This document shows, piece after piece, positions 51,061 to 60,757 of a DNA stretch of 64,000 nt (position 1 is its first letter; each line of letters starts with the position of its first letter). Source of the stretch: Eubacteriales bacterium (lineage in GTDB: Bacteria > Bacillota > Clostridia > Oscillospirales > CAG-272); assembly GCA_045661245.1 (NCBI GenBank), contig JAZRFH010000010.1:18098-82097 (forward strand), given 5' to 3'. The position numbers and the translations under genes were made by a program. The notes under the pieces were generated by a model that worked only from the letters and a program-made list of their open reading frames with translations, had not been told where the DNA came from and did no database searches.

Positions 51061-52200
51061 ATGCTTTTAATTCAAAACGGACTGGTTTATACAATGGAGA
51101 GCAACGAAGAGAATTATGTCGACTTGCTTATCGAAAAAGGAAAAATAATACGCATTGCTAAAAAAATAAACCCGACTGACTGTAGGAGAATTATTGATGC
51201 CTCGGGCTTGCGCGTGTATCCCGGTTTTATCGACGCACATAGTCATATCGGAATATCTGAAGAGAAGAAAACAAGCCAAGGTGATAAGTGCAACGAGGGG
51301 ACAAATCCAATTACACCCGCCGTCCGCGCTATCGATGCAATCAATCCAATGGACAGTGCATTTCATAATGCTCTAGCTTCCGGAATAACAGGCGTTATGG
51401 TTGGTCCGGGAAGCTCGAACCCAATCGGTGGGCAATTTGCCTTTATAAAAACGCACGGCAGACGAATTGACGATATGGTTGTAAAGTCCCCGGCTGCTAT
51501 GAAATTTGCTTTTGGAGAAAATCCAATGACAAATTACGGTCCTAACGGAAATATTCCTTCTACACGCATGGGAATTGCATCGTTGATTAGGGAAGAGCTG
51601 ACCCTCGCAAAGCAATATTTCAGCGACAGTAACAGAGCGGAAAAAACCTTTACTATGGAGTGCTATCGAGATTTATTTGAGGGAAAAATACCAATGAAAG
51701 CGCACGTGCACCGTACAGACGATATTTTTACCGCCATTCGCATTGCGAATGAGTTTGGATTAGGGCTCACCTTGGACCACTGTACTGAAGGGCATCTTAT
51801 TGCCGATGCCATAGCTGAGAGTGGTTATCCGGCTATTGTCGGCCCTTCCTTAGCATCGCGCAGCAAGGACGAAGTAAGCCTGTCTGATTTCAAAACTCCG
51901 GGCGAGCTTGAAAAAGCCGGAGTTTTAGTGGCGTTAACAACAGACCACCCTGTATCGAGAATCCAATACCTTCCGCTCTGTGCAGCACTTGCAGTTAAAG
52001 AGGGAATGAGCGAGTGGGGTGCATTGCGTGCAATTACAATTAACGCAGCACGCATCTGCCGTGTCGAGGACCGATTGGGGAGTATAAAAGAAGGGAAAGA
52101 TGCCGATATCGTTATTTATGACGGTAATCCATTACAAATTGCTTCCTCTGTCAAATATACGGTTGTCAATGGAGAAATAGCTTGGCAAGCAAAGACATAG
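51061..52200 (+). CDS. Metal-dependent amidohydrolase
   Basis: PGFIDAHSHIG, HVH, LDH, TTDHP, GSIKEGKDADIV. Confidence 0.9.
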   Translation: MLLIQNGLVYTMESNEENYVDLLIEKGKIIRIAKKINPTDCRRIIDASGLRVYPGFIDAHSHIGISEEKKTSQGDKCNEGTNPITPAVRAIDAINPMDSAFHNALASGITGVMVGPGSSNPIGGQFAFIKTHGRRIDDMVVKSPAAMKFAFGENPMTNYGPNGNIPSTRMGIASLIREELTLAKQYFSDSNRAEKTFTMECYRDLFEGKIPMKAHVHRTDDIFTAIRIANEFGLGLTLDHCTEGHLIADAIAESGYPAIVGPSLASRSKDEVSLSDFKTPGELEKAGVLVALTTDHPVSRIQYLPLCAALAVKEGMSEWGALRAITINAARICRVEDRLGSIKEGKDADIVIYDGNPLQIASSVKYTVVNGEIAWQAKT

Positions 52201-52400
52201 AGTTATATTTAATAAATGTGTAACCTACTGCAAGCATTCAGAAAAATCACCCCTTGCGACAAATCAGCAGTTTCATGTTAATACCTTGTCAGGCGGCTTA
52301 GAGCTATTGCTTTAGGCCGTTTTTTCTTGTAAAAGTAATGGGGTTTTGTAGCAACATAGCATTGCTATAATATGGATTAAAATAATAAAAGCAAAACACC

Positions 52401-52456
52401 TTGAAAAAAAGCTTTTAATATGTTATAATAAAATTTACTGATTAAAGTTACTTTAA
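52401..52456 (+). promoter_or_regulatory. SigmaA promoter with downstream palindromic operator
   Basis: TTGAAA-N17-TATAAT with TG extension; perfect 7-1-7 inverted repeat TTAAAGT-T-ACTTTAA at 52442-52456. Confidence 0.65.
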
Positions 52457-52506
52457 CTGTATTTCGCTCAATTCGTGAAAATAATGAAGTCTAAAACGGA
52501 GTTAAT

Positions 52507-53667
52507 ATGGAAAATATCAACCATTTACAGAATGTAATAAAACGTTTTTCTCTCCATGGCAAGGTTACAAGCATCGTTAAAATCAACAAGGGATATATTA
52601 ACTCTACTTACAGAGTAGAAACACTTTCAGAGCACAACCACGTTCATAAATATCTTCTTCAGCGTATCAATACTAACGTTTTTCCAAACGTTGATGCTCT
52701 GGTCAGCAATTTTCAGATAACAACCGAACATTTGTGTAAGAATCTAGAAATGCCCGGGCAAAGAAAGAACGGAGGCGTGCAGACTCTTCGCACAACAAAG
52801 GATGGTAAGCTTTACTTTGAAGATGCCTTCGGGGTATGGCGAATTATGACGTATTTTGATAATTCGTACTCCTTGGATATACCTGACTCGCCCGAGGTGT
52901 TTTACTATGCAGGTGTTACGTTTGGCCGCTTTGCAAAGGCTATGAGCACGGTTGACGTGGATAAAATTCAAGTAGTAATCCCTAACTTTCACAACACAAT
53001 GAGCCGCTACAAGGATTTGGAAGAAGCTATTTTGATTGATAGCCAGGATAGGGTTAAGGAAGTATCGGACGAAATTGCCTTCGTGCGCGCTCATACTGAC
53101 CTGTACGGCAAAATCTCCGATGCCTTGGATAACGGGGAAATTCCTGTCCGTATTTGCCACAACGACTGTAATTTGAATAATATCCTGTTTGACAAAGATA
53201 CGCACCTTCCTGTTGCGGTTATTGATTTGGATACCGTAATGCCGTCCACTCCCTTGTATGATTTTGGTGACAGTATGAGAATCGGCACCAATACTGCCAA
53301 GGACGACGAGAGGGATATGAGCAAGATTTCATGTAATCTTGAGCTTTATGAAATGTATGCTCGCGGTTACCTTGAGGCTTGCGGTGATATACTTACAAGA
53401 GAAGAGCTTGAGCTGTTGCCTTACGCGGCTCTCGTTATCACTGCAGAGGACGCTATCAGATTTTTGACCGACCATATAAACGGTGATACCTATTATCGTA
53501 TTGAATATCTCGGTCAAAACCTTGACAGAGCGCGCAATCAGCTAAAGCTGCTTGAGGATATGGAGAAAAAGCTGCCGGATATCTGTATGATTCTTCAAAG
53601 AATTTATGATAAGCTTGGTCTTGATGCCACGGTTATACAAAATATTAAAGCTGGGAGTATGAAATGA
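52507..53667 (+). CDS. APH-fold anomeric sugar kinase (N-acetylhexosamine 1-kinase-like)
   Basis: GYINSTY, LQRIN, IPNFHNT, HNDCNLNNIL, VIDLDTVMP, RFLTDH. Confidence 0.8.
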   Translation: MENINHLQNVIKRFSLHGKVTSIVKINKGYINSTYRVETLSEHNHVHKYLLQRINTNVFPNVDALVSNFQITTEHLCKNLEMPGQRKNGGVQTLRTTKDGKLYFEDAFGVWRIMTYFDNSYSLDIPDSPEVFYYAGVTFGRFAKAMSTVDVDKIQVVIPNFHNTMSRYKDLEEAILIDSQDRVKEVSDEIAFVRAHTDLYGKISDALDNGEIPVRICHNDCNLNNILFDKDTHLPVAVIDLDTVMPSTPLYDFGDSMRIGTNTAKDDERDMSKISCNLELYEMYARGYLEACGDILTREELELLPYAALVITAEDAIRFLTDHINGDTYYRIEYLGQNLDRARNQLKLLEDMEKKLPDICMILQRIYDKLGLDATVIQNIKAGSMK

Positions 53668-54422
53668 AAGAAATCAGAGCGATTATACCGGCCGCAGGAA
53701 AGGGCAGCCGCCTGCAAAAGATAAGCGGAGACGTTCCTAAGGCGATGTTTTCTGTTTTGAATAGACCGATGATTGAGTTTGTTCTTGATAATATATCCTT
53801 TATAGACAAGAGTCAAACCTATATCGTAGTAGGCTACGGCAAAGAAAAAATTATAGAGCACTTAGGAGAGCCCTTCCATTACGTTGAGCAAAAGCAGCAG
53901 CTTGGTACGGGTCACGCGGTTATGGAGTGTGCCGAGCATTTTGCTGATTTTGACGGCAGTGTTCTAATTACCTTTGGAGATATGCCTCTTTTCCACCGCG
54001 AGGAGCTTCTGGCTATGTGCCGCTTACATATTGAAAATGGTGCCGACTGTACTTTAATGACGGCAGAAAATCCATCGCTCAAAATGTGGGCTCGTGTTAT
54101 TCGTGACGAAAACAACCGTTTTGAGAAAATTGTAGAGGGAAAGGACTGCACTACCGAACAGGCGGCAGTAAAGGAGCTGTTTTCCGGCGTAATGGTCTTT
54201 AACAGCAAATCCCTCTTTAAGATACTCCCGAGTGTTGGTTGCACTAACGTTCAGAAGGAGTATTATTTAACAGAGGTGCCCGAGCTCATGGTTAAAAACG
54301 GCATGAAGGTTGAAACTTATTTTACAAAGGACGGCGACGACCTTCGCGGAATTAACACTCCCGAGGACTTGGAAATCTGCGAGAGCATACTCGAAAAGCG
54401 CTTGCTCTTAGAGGTAAGGTAA
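53664..54422 (+). CDS. Stand-alone GlmU-type sugar-1-phosphate nucleotidyltransferase
   Basis: AAGKGSRL...PK, QQLGTGHAV, GDMPL, NVQKEYYLT, GINT; lacks the acetyltransferase domain. Confidence 0.85.
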   Translation: MKEIRAIIPAAGKGSRLQKISGDVPKAMFSVLNRPMIEFVLDNISFIDKSQTYIVVGYGKEKIIEHLGEPFHYVEQKQQLGTGHAVMECAEHFADFDGSVLITFGDMPLFHREELLAMCRLHIENGADCTLMTAENPSLKMWARVIRDENNRFEKIVEGKDCTTEQAAVKELFSGVMVFNSKSLFKILPSVGCTNVQKEYYLTEVPELMVKNGMKVETYFTKDGDDLRGINTPEDLEICESILEKRLLLEVR

Positions 54423-54519
54423 TAGAAAATGCAGAATGCAAAATTAAGTTTGCCCTTCAGGCGAGTGAAGCTTTACCTTTTATAAAGAAGCAGGCTGAGC
54501 CTAAATCAATATTACAAGC

Positions 54520-54555
54520 AAAAAGAGAGAACAACCGAATGCTCTCTCTTTTTTT
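54520..54555. terminator. Bidirectional terminator / dispersed palindromic repeat
   Basis: AAAAAGAGAGAACA...TGCTCTCTCTTTTTT. Confidence 0.65.
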
Positions 54556-54621
54556 ATTTGTTTTTCAAATTGCGGCTATGCCGCGAAGAAATCTTTTGCT
54601 TTGGTTAAATAGAATCTAAGG

Positions 54622-55563
54622 TTAGATATTTATGCGTCTATCCTTACCTGAAAATACGCAAACGTCGTAGTCACTGCTTACAAGGCGAGAGTAAATTCTG
54701 CCCTCGTATTTGCCTGCAAGCTCCTTTGCTGAAAGATTGGTTGAGATTATGGTCGAAAGACCCTTGTTCTGCCTTGTGTTGATAAGGTTGTAAAGGCAAG
54801 AGGTTGTAAACTGATTTGTAAACTCGGTGCCGAGGTCGTCAATTATCAGAAGGTCGCACTCCAAGTATTTATCCGACACATTCTCGTGCGGGCCGTAGCC
54901 GCTTTTGAATTTATCGTTTTCAAAGTCGGAGATTATATTTTGCGCACTGTCGTAAATCACGCCGAAGCCTTGATGGATTATCTCCTTAGCAATAGCACTT
55001 GAAAGGTGGGTTTTACCTGTGCCTGTTGTGCCTATTAACAATAAGTTACCCCCGTCGCGTGCAAAGTTATTAACATATTCTTTAGCTTTTTTTAGGTTGT
55101 TTTCCATAAGCTCGCGGTCGCGGCCCTCATAAATACCAAGCTCAAAATTATCAAACGACTGCTTCTCTATAAGCTTACCCATGCCCGAGGACTTTATGTT
55201 CTTCATTATAAGCAGCTCTTTTAAGCAGTTACACATTTTCGTGCCTATAAATCCCGTGTCAGAGCAGGCGGTGCAGGTGTAGTGTACGTCGGTGTAGTCC
55301 ATAGGATAGCCGAGATTTGCAATAAGCAGGCGGCGCTTTGACATAAGCATCTCATTCTTGCGCCTTACCGCCTCGATGTCGCCGCCGGAGCAGGCTACGC
55401 GGAAAAGCTCAAGCCCCGTGCCGCGAAGCTCTCTATCCGTTATGGCAATCTCCTCGCTCTTTTCTGCAAGAATGCGGTTGCGCTCCTCCGCCTTGGCTAT
55501 TGCAGACACGCGCCTTGCCTCTATTTCGGCCTTTGCGGCCGCATAATTATCTCTGGTATACAT
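54622..55563 (-). CDS. DnaC/DnaI-like helicase-loader ATPase
   Basis: Zn motif CTAC...CNC, GTTGTGKTHLS, LLIIDDLGTE, STNL. Confidence 0.88.
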   Translation of the reverse strand: MYTRDNYAAAKAEIEARRVSAIAKAEERNRILAEKSEEIAITDRELRGTGLELFRVACSGGDIEAVRRKNEMLMSKRRLLIANLGYPMDYTDVHYTCTACSDTGFIGTKMCNCLKELLIMKNIKSSGMGKLIEKQSFDNFELGIYEGRDRELMENNLKKAKEYVNNFARDGGNLLLIGTTGTGKTHLSSAIAKEIIHQGFGVIYDSAQNIISDFENDKFKSGYGPHENVSDKYLECDLLIIDDLGTEFTNQFTTSCLYNLINTRQNKGLSTIISTNLSAKELAGKYEGRIYSRLVSSDYDVCVFSGKDRRINI

Positions 55564-55572
55564 ATTTACCTC

Positions 55573-56547
55573 TTAGTCCTTGGATTTGCCGTAGCTGCGC
55601 TCTATTGCGCGCATCATAGCATCTTCGGCATTAAAGTTAGAGTATTTGGGAATTTCACTTTCAAGCTTGCGCGAGGGTCCTGCTGCCTTTTCGGCTCTCT
55701 CGGTCTTTAGGGCGGTACCTGTCTGCTCTCTGCGTGCCTTACATTCGGCAAGAGTCTTACAGCCGGCGTTATGCCAATCGGTAAGCAGAGTGTCCATATA
55801 AGGAAAGCTCACCCCGTGTGTGTTAATAACGGTTATCTCGTATGCTTCGGTAACAATAGCGGTGGAAAAACCGTACACGTGTGCCCATTTCTTTATGTAA
55901 TCACGCTCGGAAGAGGAGAAAGGGCGCGACCACATCTGCAAGGCTCTGCGGTACTCCCATTCGTCTGCCATTTGTTCAGATTTATCCTTGATGTAGGCTT
56001 CAAGCCCCTCGAGGGTATCAATATCCTTTGCTATCAGCTTTTCAGCCTCAGCGCGGAGCTTTTTTGCACTCAGCCTCTTGCCGTCGCTAAGCATACTCTT
56101 TAAAAATGCCGCAAGCGCAAGAATATATTCGGGAGATAGGGTTGTTTCGGTTGTGAGCGAGGTAATTATCTTAACGTCCTCGGTTGAAAGACTGTCCCTA
56201 TCCATAAGACGGGCACATTCCTCGATAAGCTCCGCAAGTCCCTCGTCACGTATCTCGCGCGCTACGGTTACAGCGCGTCTGTCTATTTCACATTCGGAAA
56301 ACTCGTCTTTAACAACCGCGTATCCGTCTACCTCACTAATAACTCCTGCTGACTCAAAAAGCGAAATTGCAGATTTAGCACGGGCGGTTGAAACTCCCGC
56401 CAGCTCGGAGAGCGTATCAAGATTTATTCTTCGCTTGTTGTACTCTGTAAGCACAAGTAAAACTCGCAATTCGCCTACGCTCGCTTCACAGAAGCATTCG
56501 TTTTTTGAAATATCGTTAAGGTCAACGGCAAAGCAATAATCAGTCAC
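55573..56547 (-). CDS. dnaD: DnaD-domain replication protein
   Basis: YMDTLLTDWHNAGCKT DnaD motif; directly upstream of the loader ATPase. Confidence 0.8.
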   Translation of the reverse strand: MTDYCFAVDLNDISKNECFCEASVGELRVLLVLTEYNKRRINLDTLSELAGVSTARAKSAISLFESAGVISEVDGYAVVKDEFSECEIDRRAVTVAREIRDEGLAELIEECARLMDRDSLSTEDVKIITSLTTETTLSPEYILALAAFLKSMLSDGKRLSAKKLRAEAEKLIAKDIDTLEGLEAYIKDKSEQMADEWEYRRALQMWSRPFSSSERDYIKKWAHVYGFSTAIVTEAYEITVINTHGVSFPYMDTLLTDWHNAGCKTLAECKARREQTGTALKTERAEKAAGPSRKLESEIPKYSNFNAEDAMMRAIERSYGKSKD

Positions 56548-57241
56548 GCGCTTCGCCCTCCCCGTCCTTTGTCTTTATTCTGTAGCAAAGTGTCATAAGG
56601 GAATCACCGAGGTGAATGTTTTCAACAATCATATCTGCCGAAGGTGGCGCAAGCTCCATATTTGCAAAGTTCCAGACTCCCTTTACTCCTGCAGCACAAA
56701 GAGTGTCGGTAATCTGCTTTGCACATTCCTTTGGTACGGTAAGCACACCTATATGAATATTGTTGTTTTTGCAAAAGTCGTAAAGCGCGTCGATATGATA
56801 AATGGGCGTGCCGTAAATCATTTTGCCAACGAGTTCGGGGTTAATATCAAAAAGCCCGAGCCTTGCAACTCCGCGTCTTTCAAACATGTGCGTTGCCGCA
56901 AGTGCCTTACCGAGATTACCTGCGCCTATAATTACCGCATTGTAGCCCTCAGATACACCGAGTAAGTCGGAGATTTTTGCGTGTAGGTATCTTATATTGT
57001 ATCCGTAGCCCTGCTGGCCAAAGCCGCCAAAGCAGTTTAAATCCTGCCTGATTTGTGAGGCGGTAACGCCCATAAGCTTTGAGAGCTCAGCAGAGGATAT
57101 ACGCAGCCTTCCGTCGCGTAAAAGGTCGCCAAGATATCTGTGGTACCTGGGCAGTCGCTTTATAACCGCCGCAGATACGTTAGCACGCGCCTCTTGGTAT
57201 TTTTTATCAAACGTGCCCTTAAGCTTGTCTATACTTTCCAT
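56540..57241 (-). CDS. rex: Redox-sensing transcriptional repressor Rex
   Basis: RLPRYHRYL, SQIRQDL, GYGY, GAGNLG. Confidence 0.95.
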   Translation of the reverse strand: MESIDKLKGTFDKKYQEARANVSAAVIKRLPRYHRYLGDLLRDGRLRISSAELSKLMGVTASQIRQDLNCFGGFGQQGYGYNIRYLHAKISDLLGVSEGYNAVIIGAGNLGKALAATHMFERRGVARLGLFDINPELVGKMIYGTPIYHIDALYDFCKNNNIHIGVLTVPKECAKQITDTLCAAGVKGVWNFANMELAPPSADMIVENIHLGDSLMTLCYRIKTKDGEGEARD

Positions 57242-57287
57242 TGTTTTAAACCTTTGTATGTAATCTTTGTAAATAATTGTTTGTAAT

Positions 57288-58367
57288 TTATCTTGTGATG
57301 CTATCTTCTGCGCTTGCATTGAGTGCTGAGGTGGCGGTAATGCCCGCAAGGTAATTATAATAGCCCTGCGCGCCTATCATACCCGCATTGTCACCGCAAA
57401 GAGAGAGGGGCGGTATAAAGAGCTTTCGCTGATACTTGTCGCATACACACTTTAATCTTGCACGCAGATGTGAGTTTGCCGCAACACCGCCGGCTACCGC
57501 AAGGTCAAGCCCCGGGTATCTCTCAAGGGCGAGCGACATTTTCTTAGCTACTGCCTCTATTGCCTCGTAGGTGTATCTTGCCGCAAAGCGGGAGCGAGAG
57601 AAGTCCTCACCTGTCTGCTCATATCTGTGTAAAAGATTTATAGCCGCGGTTTTTAAGCCCGAGAAGGAGAAATCAAGTGAATCGTCCTTAATTGCGGGCG
57701 ACGGCAGGGTATATTCGCGGTAAGCATCGGTTTTTGAGTATTTTTTGTAAAAATCAGTATCTGTACCGGTGGCATCTATAAAGCCCTCGCGCGATAGAGC
57801 GTCAAATCCTGCGCCTGCCGGGTAGGGTATACCTATAATTCTGCCTATCTTGTCAAAGGCCTCGCCTATCGCATCGTCGCGCGTTGTGCCTATCTCGCGC
57901 ATTTCGGTATAGCTCTCCACAAGGTATATGCCTGTATGACCGCCTGATACCGCAAGGGCAAGTAAGGGCGGCTTTGGCACACCGTATTCGGATGCAATAT
58001 AGCATGCGGCAATATGGCCCTTTATGTGGTCTACGGGGATTATAGGTTTGCCCCACGAGAGCGCCAGCGCCTTTGCAAAGTTTACGCCTACAAGCAAGGC
58101 ACCGATAAGGCCGGGGTTGCTCGTTACGGCAACTGCGTCAACCTCATTCATAGTAACGCCCGCAGTGTCAAGCGCCTCGTATGTAATAGACGAGATAGCC
58201 TCAATGTGCGCTCTGCTTGCAATCTCGGGCACAACTCCGCCGTAAAGCCGGTGCGTTTCAATTTGAGATGCTATTATATTCGATTTTACGGTTACTCTGT
58301 CACCCACCGCCTCAACTATAGCAGCAGAGGTTTCGTCACAAGAGCTTTCAAAGGCAAGAATAATCAT
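57288..58367 (-). CDS. tsaD: tRNA t6A synthesis protein TsaD
   Basis: ESSCDETS, GGVVPEIASRAH, HIKGH, SGGH, FSFSGLKT, DNAGMIG. Confidence 0.97.
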   Translation of the reverse strand: MIILAFESSCDETSAAIVEAVGDRVTVKSNIIASQIETHRLYGGVVPEIASRAHIEAISSITYEALDTAGVTMNEVDAVAVTSNPGLIGALLVGVNFAKALALSWGKPIIPVDHIKGHIAACYIASEYGVPKPPLLALAVSGGHTGIYLVESYTEMREIGTTRDDAIGEAFDKIGRIIGIPYPAGAGFDALSREGFIDATGTDTDFYKKYSKTDAYREYTLPSPAIKDDSLDFSFSGLKTAAINLLHRYEQTGEDFSRSRFAARYTYEAIEAVAKKMSLALERYPGLDLAVAGGVAANSHLRARLKCVCDKYQRKLFIPPLSLCGDNAGMIGAQGYYNYLAGITATSALNASAEDSITR

Positions 58368-58378
58368 AATTACACTTT

Positions 58379-58828
58379 CTAATCAATATACGCCCGAGCG
58401 CCCTTAAGCATAACTATTGCATCGTCGGTCGGGTCCTTATAGTAGTTTTTGCGTCTGCCGATTTCGGTAAAGCCGTAGGCAGTGTAAAGCTTTAGGGCAG
58501 GCAGATTTTGAGAGCGCACCTCAAGAAAGGCACACTCAAGCCCCGCACCGCGCGAGGTCTTCATAGCATAGTCAAGCAGTCTGTAAGCAATACCGCGCCG
58601 CCTATGCTCCTCTCTTACCGCAACGCGGTAAATCTCCCCTTCGGGCGCAATAAGCCTACCGAGCACGTAGGCAATAACCCGTCCGTTATCCACTGCAGAA
58701 AAGCACATCGCGCCCTCGGTGGATATTAAGTCGACTGTATCGCGGTAGCTCCAGGGGTCAGCAAAGGTGCTTTTTTCAATATCGGTAATATCAAAGGCAT
58801 CCTCGGGCCTTGTTCGTCTAAAATCCAT
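58379..58828 (-). CDS. rimI: Ribosomal-protein alanine N-acetyltransferase
   Basis: GNAT; LEVRSQN, GRRKNYY, DAIVM. Confidence 0.9.
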   Translation of the reverse strand: MDFRRTRPEDAFDITDIEKSTFADPWSYRDTVDLISTEGAMCFSAVDNGRVIAYVLGRLIAPEGEIYRVAVREEHRRRGIAYRLLDYAMKTSRGAGLECAFLEVRSQNLPALKLYTAYGFTEIGRRKNYYKDPTDDAIVMLKGARAYID

Positions 58829-59706
58829 TATTCAAGCGTTTTTGCAAGCTCAATTATGAATTTGCGTAGTTCCTCGCCGCACTCACAGTGCTCAATACCC
58901 TTAATCACGTTCGCCTTAAGAAATCCTAGCTTTGAGCCGAGGTCGTATCTGTCACCCTCAAATTCAAGCGCACAGATACCCGACTCACGTGCAACCTTCT
59001 TCATAGCGTCGGTAAGCTGATACTCTCCGCCGGCACCGGGTGTAAGGTTGTCTATTATATCAAAAATATCGGGTGTTAAAAGAACTCGTCCGAGAATTGA
59101 GAGGTTGGAAAACTCCTCGCCGGGAGCAGGCTTTTCAATCATATCGTCGCAGAAATAAACGTTAGGCTCGTCCGTAGGCTCAACCTTGAGCGAGGAATAC
59201 TTGCGTACGTCTGCCATGGGAACGGGCTTGACACCAACTACGGGCTTGCCGTGTTTTTCGTACACGTCAATGAGCTGACGGCATACGGGTGTCTTTGAAA
59301 AGATAACGTCGTCACCGTAAAGAACAACGAATGGCTCGTTACCTACAAAGCTGCGTGCTCTGCCTACCGCGTGGCCAAGGCCGCGTGTTTCCTTTTGGCG
59401 AAGAAAGAATACGTTTGCCATATTCGCTATGTCGTAAAGGCGCTTAGCCTCAGCGGTCTTGCCCTTTGATTCAAGCGCTACACCGTATTCAATAGAGAGG
59501 TCGAAGAAATCCTCCATAGCCTCTTTATCTCTGTTGGTAATAATTAGTATATCGGTAATTCCGCTCTTTACCGCTTCCTCAACAAGATAGTAAACCGCGG
59601 GCAAATCAACTATAGGCAGCATTTCCTTCGGTACTGTCTTTGATATAGGCAGCATACGCGTGCCAAGACCTGCCGCGGGAATAATTGCTTTAGTTATCTT
59701 CGTCAT
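58828..59706 (-). CDS. galU: UTP--glucose-1-phosphate uridylyltransferase
   Basis: KAIIPAAGLGTRMLP, PKEMLP, GLGHAV, IEKP, QLTDA. Confidence 0.95.
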   Translation of the reverse strand: MTKITKAIIPAAGLGTRMLPISKTVPKEMLPIVDLPAVYYLVEEAVKSGITDILIITNRDKEAMEDFFDLSIEYGVALESKGKTAEAKRLYDIANMANVFFLRQKETRGLGHAVGRARSFVGNEPFVVLYGDDVIFSKTPVCRQLIDVYEKHGKPVVGVKPVPMADVRKYSSLKVEPTDEPNVYFCDDMIEKPAPGEEFSNLSILGRVLLTPDIFDIIDNLTPGAGGEYQLTDAMKKVARESGICALEFEGDRYDLGSKLGFLKANVIKGIEHCECGEELRKFIIELAKTLE

Positions 59707-60055
59707 TTTTTTCTCCTTGGGCGTTTTTTATCTCCTCAAGCAGACGCGCTATTTTTGCACCGTGCTCAATTGAACTGTCCTTTACAAAATGAAGCTCTGG
59801 GGTGATTCTGAGATTAAGCGTTCTTGCTAAGTGATGTCGCAAAACTCCGCGGCATTTTTCAAGCCCAGCCTTTGCTTCCTCTGCATCCCCCATAGCAGAG
59901 AAATACACGCTCGCAAACTTTAAATCGGGTGCAACCTCTGCTCGGGTTATGCTTACAAAATTGTTTATTACCTTTGGTTCTCTCACCTCACCAAGAGCTA
60001 TTGCAAGCTCCTCGGCTACTGCATCGTTTATACGTCCTCGTCTGTATTTAGCCAT
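59690..60055 (-). CDS. rbfA: Ribosome-binding factor A
   Basis: DLKFASVY, LRITPELHF. Confidence 0.95.
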   Translation of the reverse strand: MAKYRRGRINDAVAEELAIALGEVREPKVINNFVSITRAEVAPDLKFASVYFSAMGDAEEAKAGLEKCRGVLRHHLARTLNLRITPELHFVKDSSIEHGAKIARLLEEIKNAQGEKNDEDN

Positions 60056-60070
60056 TTTTTCACGTCCTTT

Positions 60071-60757
60071 TTAAATATTTATAGTAAGACCTCTCTCAGT
60101 CGCCCGTGCCTCGGGATAGTGCCCGAGCTCGTATGCCGCGGCGAATGCCGAGCTTACCGTGTTTTCTATTCCGTATTTTTTCACTCTTTTGAGTATTTCA
60201 TTCTCAAGTGCCGGAAAATGCGTGCACCCTAAAATCAAGGTATCAGCACCCGAGTATTCAAGCGGAGCCAAAACGTCGTCTAAAAACCTAGCCTCTTTTT
60301 TTGATAGAGCACCGTCCCGCGCTCCCGATTCGGTGAGAGTAACAAGGCTTTGTATGGGTAAAGAGAGGGATAAGCTGTTCCCAAGTGCCCGTGCAAACGC
60401 GCCGTCCTTTACCGTTCTCTCTGTTGCTATAAGTGCGATTTTACCGCTTTTTGTTAGGCTCTGTGCCAGCATTGCGGTTGGCTCTATTATAGGTATTGAT
60501 ACTGACCTTTGTCGCTCGGAGAGCTTATCCCACACCGTACTTGCCGTACAGCAACCGATAAGCACACGCCTCGCCCCGTGCCTTAAAAGCAGGTCAATAT
60601 TTGCATTCGTTATATTTATAAGCTCCTCTTGGCTCTTAGTGCCGTAGGGGGCGTTTTTTGTATCCTTAAGCAGCAGTACGTCAAGTGCCGGATAAAGCTC
60701 TCTTACGTTTGCCGCTGTGTTTTCTCCGCCAATGCCGCTGTCAAGTATGCCTATCAA
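60071..60757 (-). CDS. murI: Glutamate racemase
   Basis: DSGIGG, PYGTKS, GCCTAS, LGCTHFP. Confidence 0.9.
   Translation of the reverse strand: MIGILDSGIGGENTAANVRELYPALDVLLLKDTKNAPYGTKSQEELINITNANIDLLLRHGARRVLIGCCTASTVWDKLSERQRSVSIPIIEPTAMLAQSLTKSGKIALIATERTVKDGAFARALGNSLSLSLPIQSLVTLTESGARDGALSKKEARFLDDVLAPLEYSGADTLILGCTHFPALENEILKRVKKYGIENTVSSAFAAAYELGHYPEARATERGLTINI

Noticed and set aside
52507-53667. Aminoglycoside resistance kinase
   Set aside because: Length, motifs and coupling to a sugar nucleotidyltransferase fit NahK-like sugar kinases
50300-54620. Intact integrative element at guaA
   Set aside because: No integrase and no duplicated guaA 3' end (attR) found by eye; only remnants are reported
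54622-55563. IstB of an IS21 element or a prophage replication module
   Set aside because: No IstA, inverted repeats or phage genes; the dnaD-loader pair sits in a housekeeping operon
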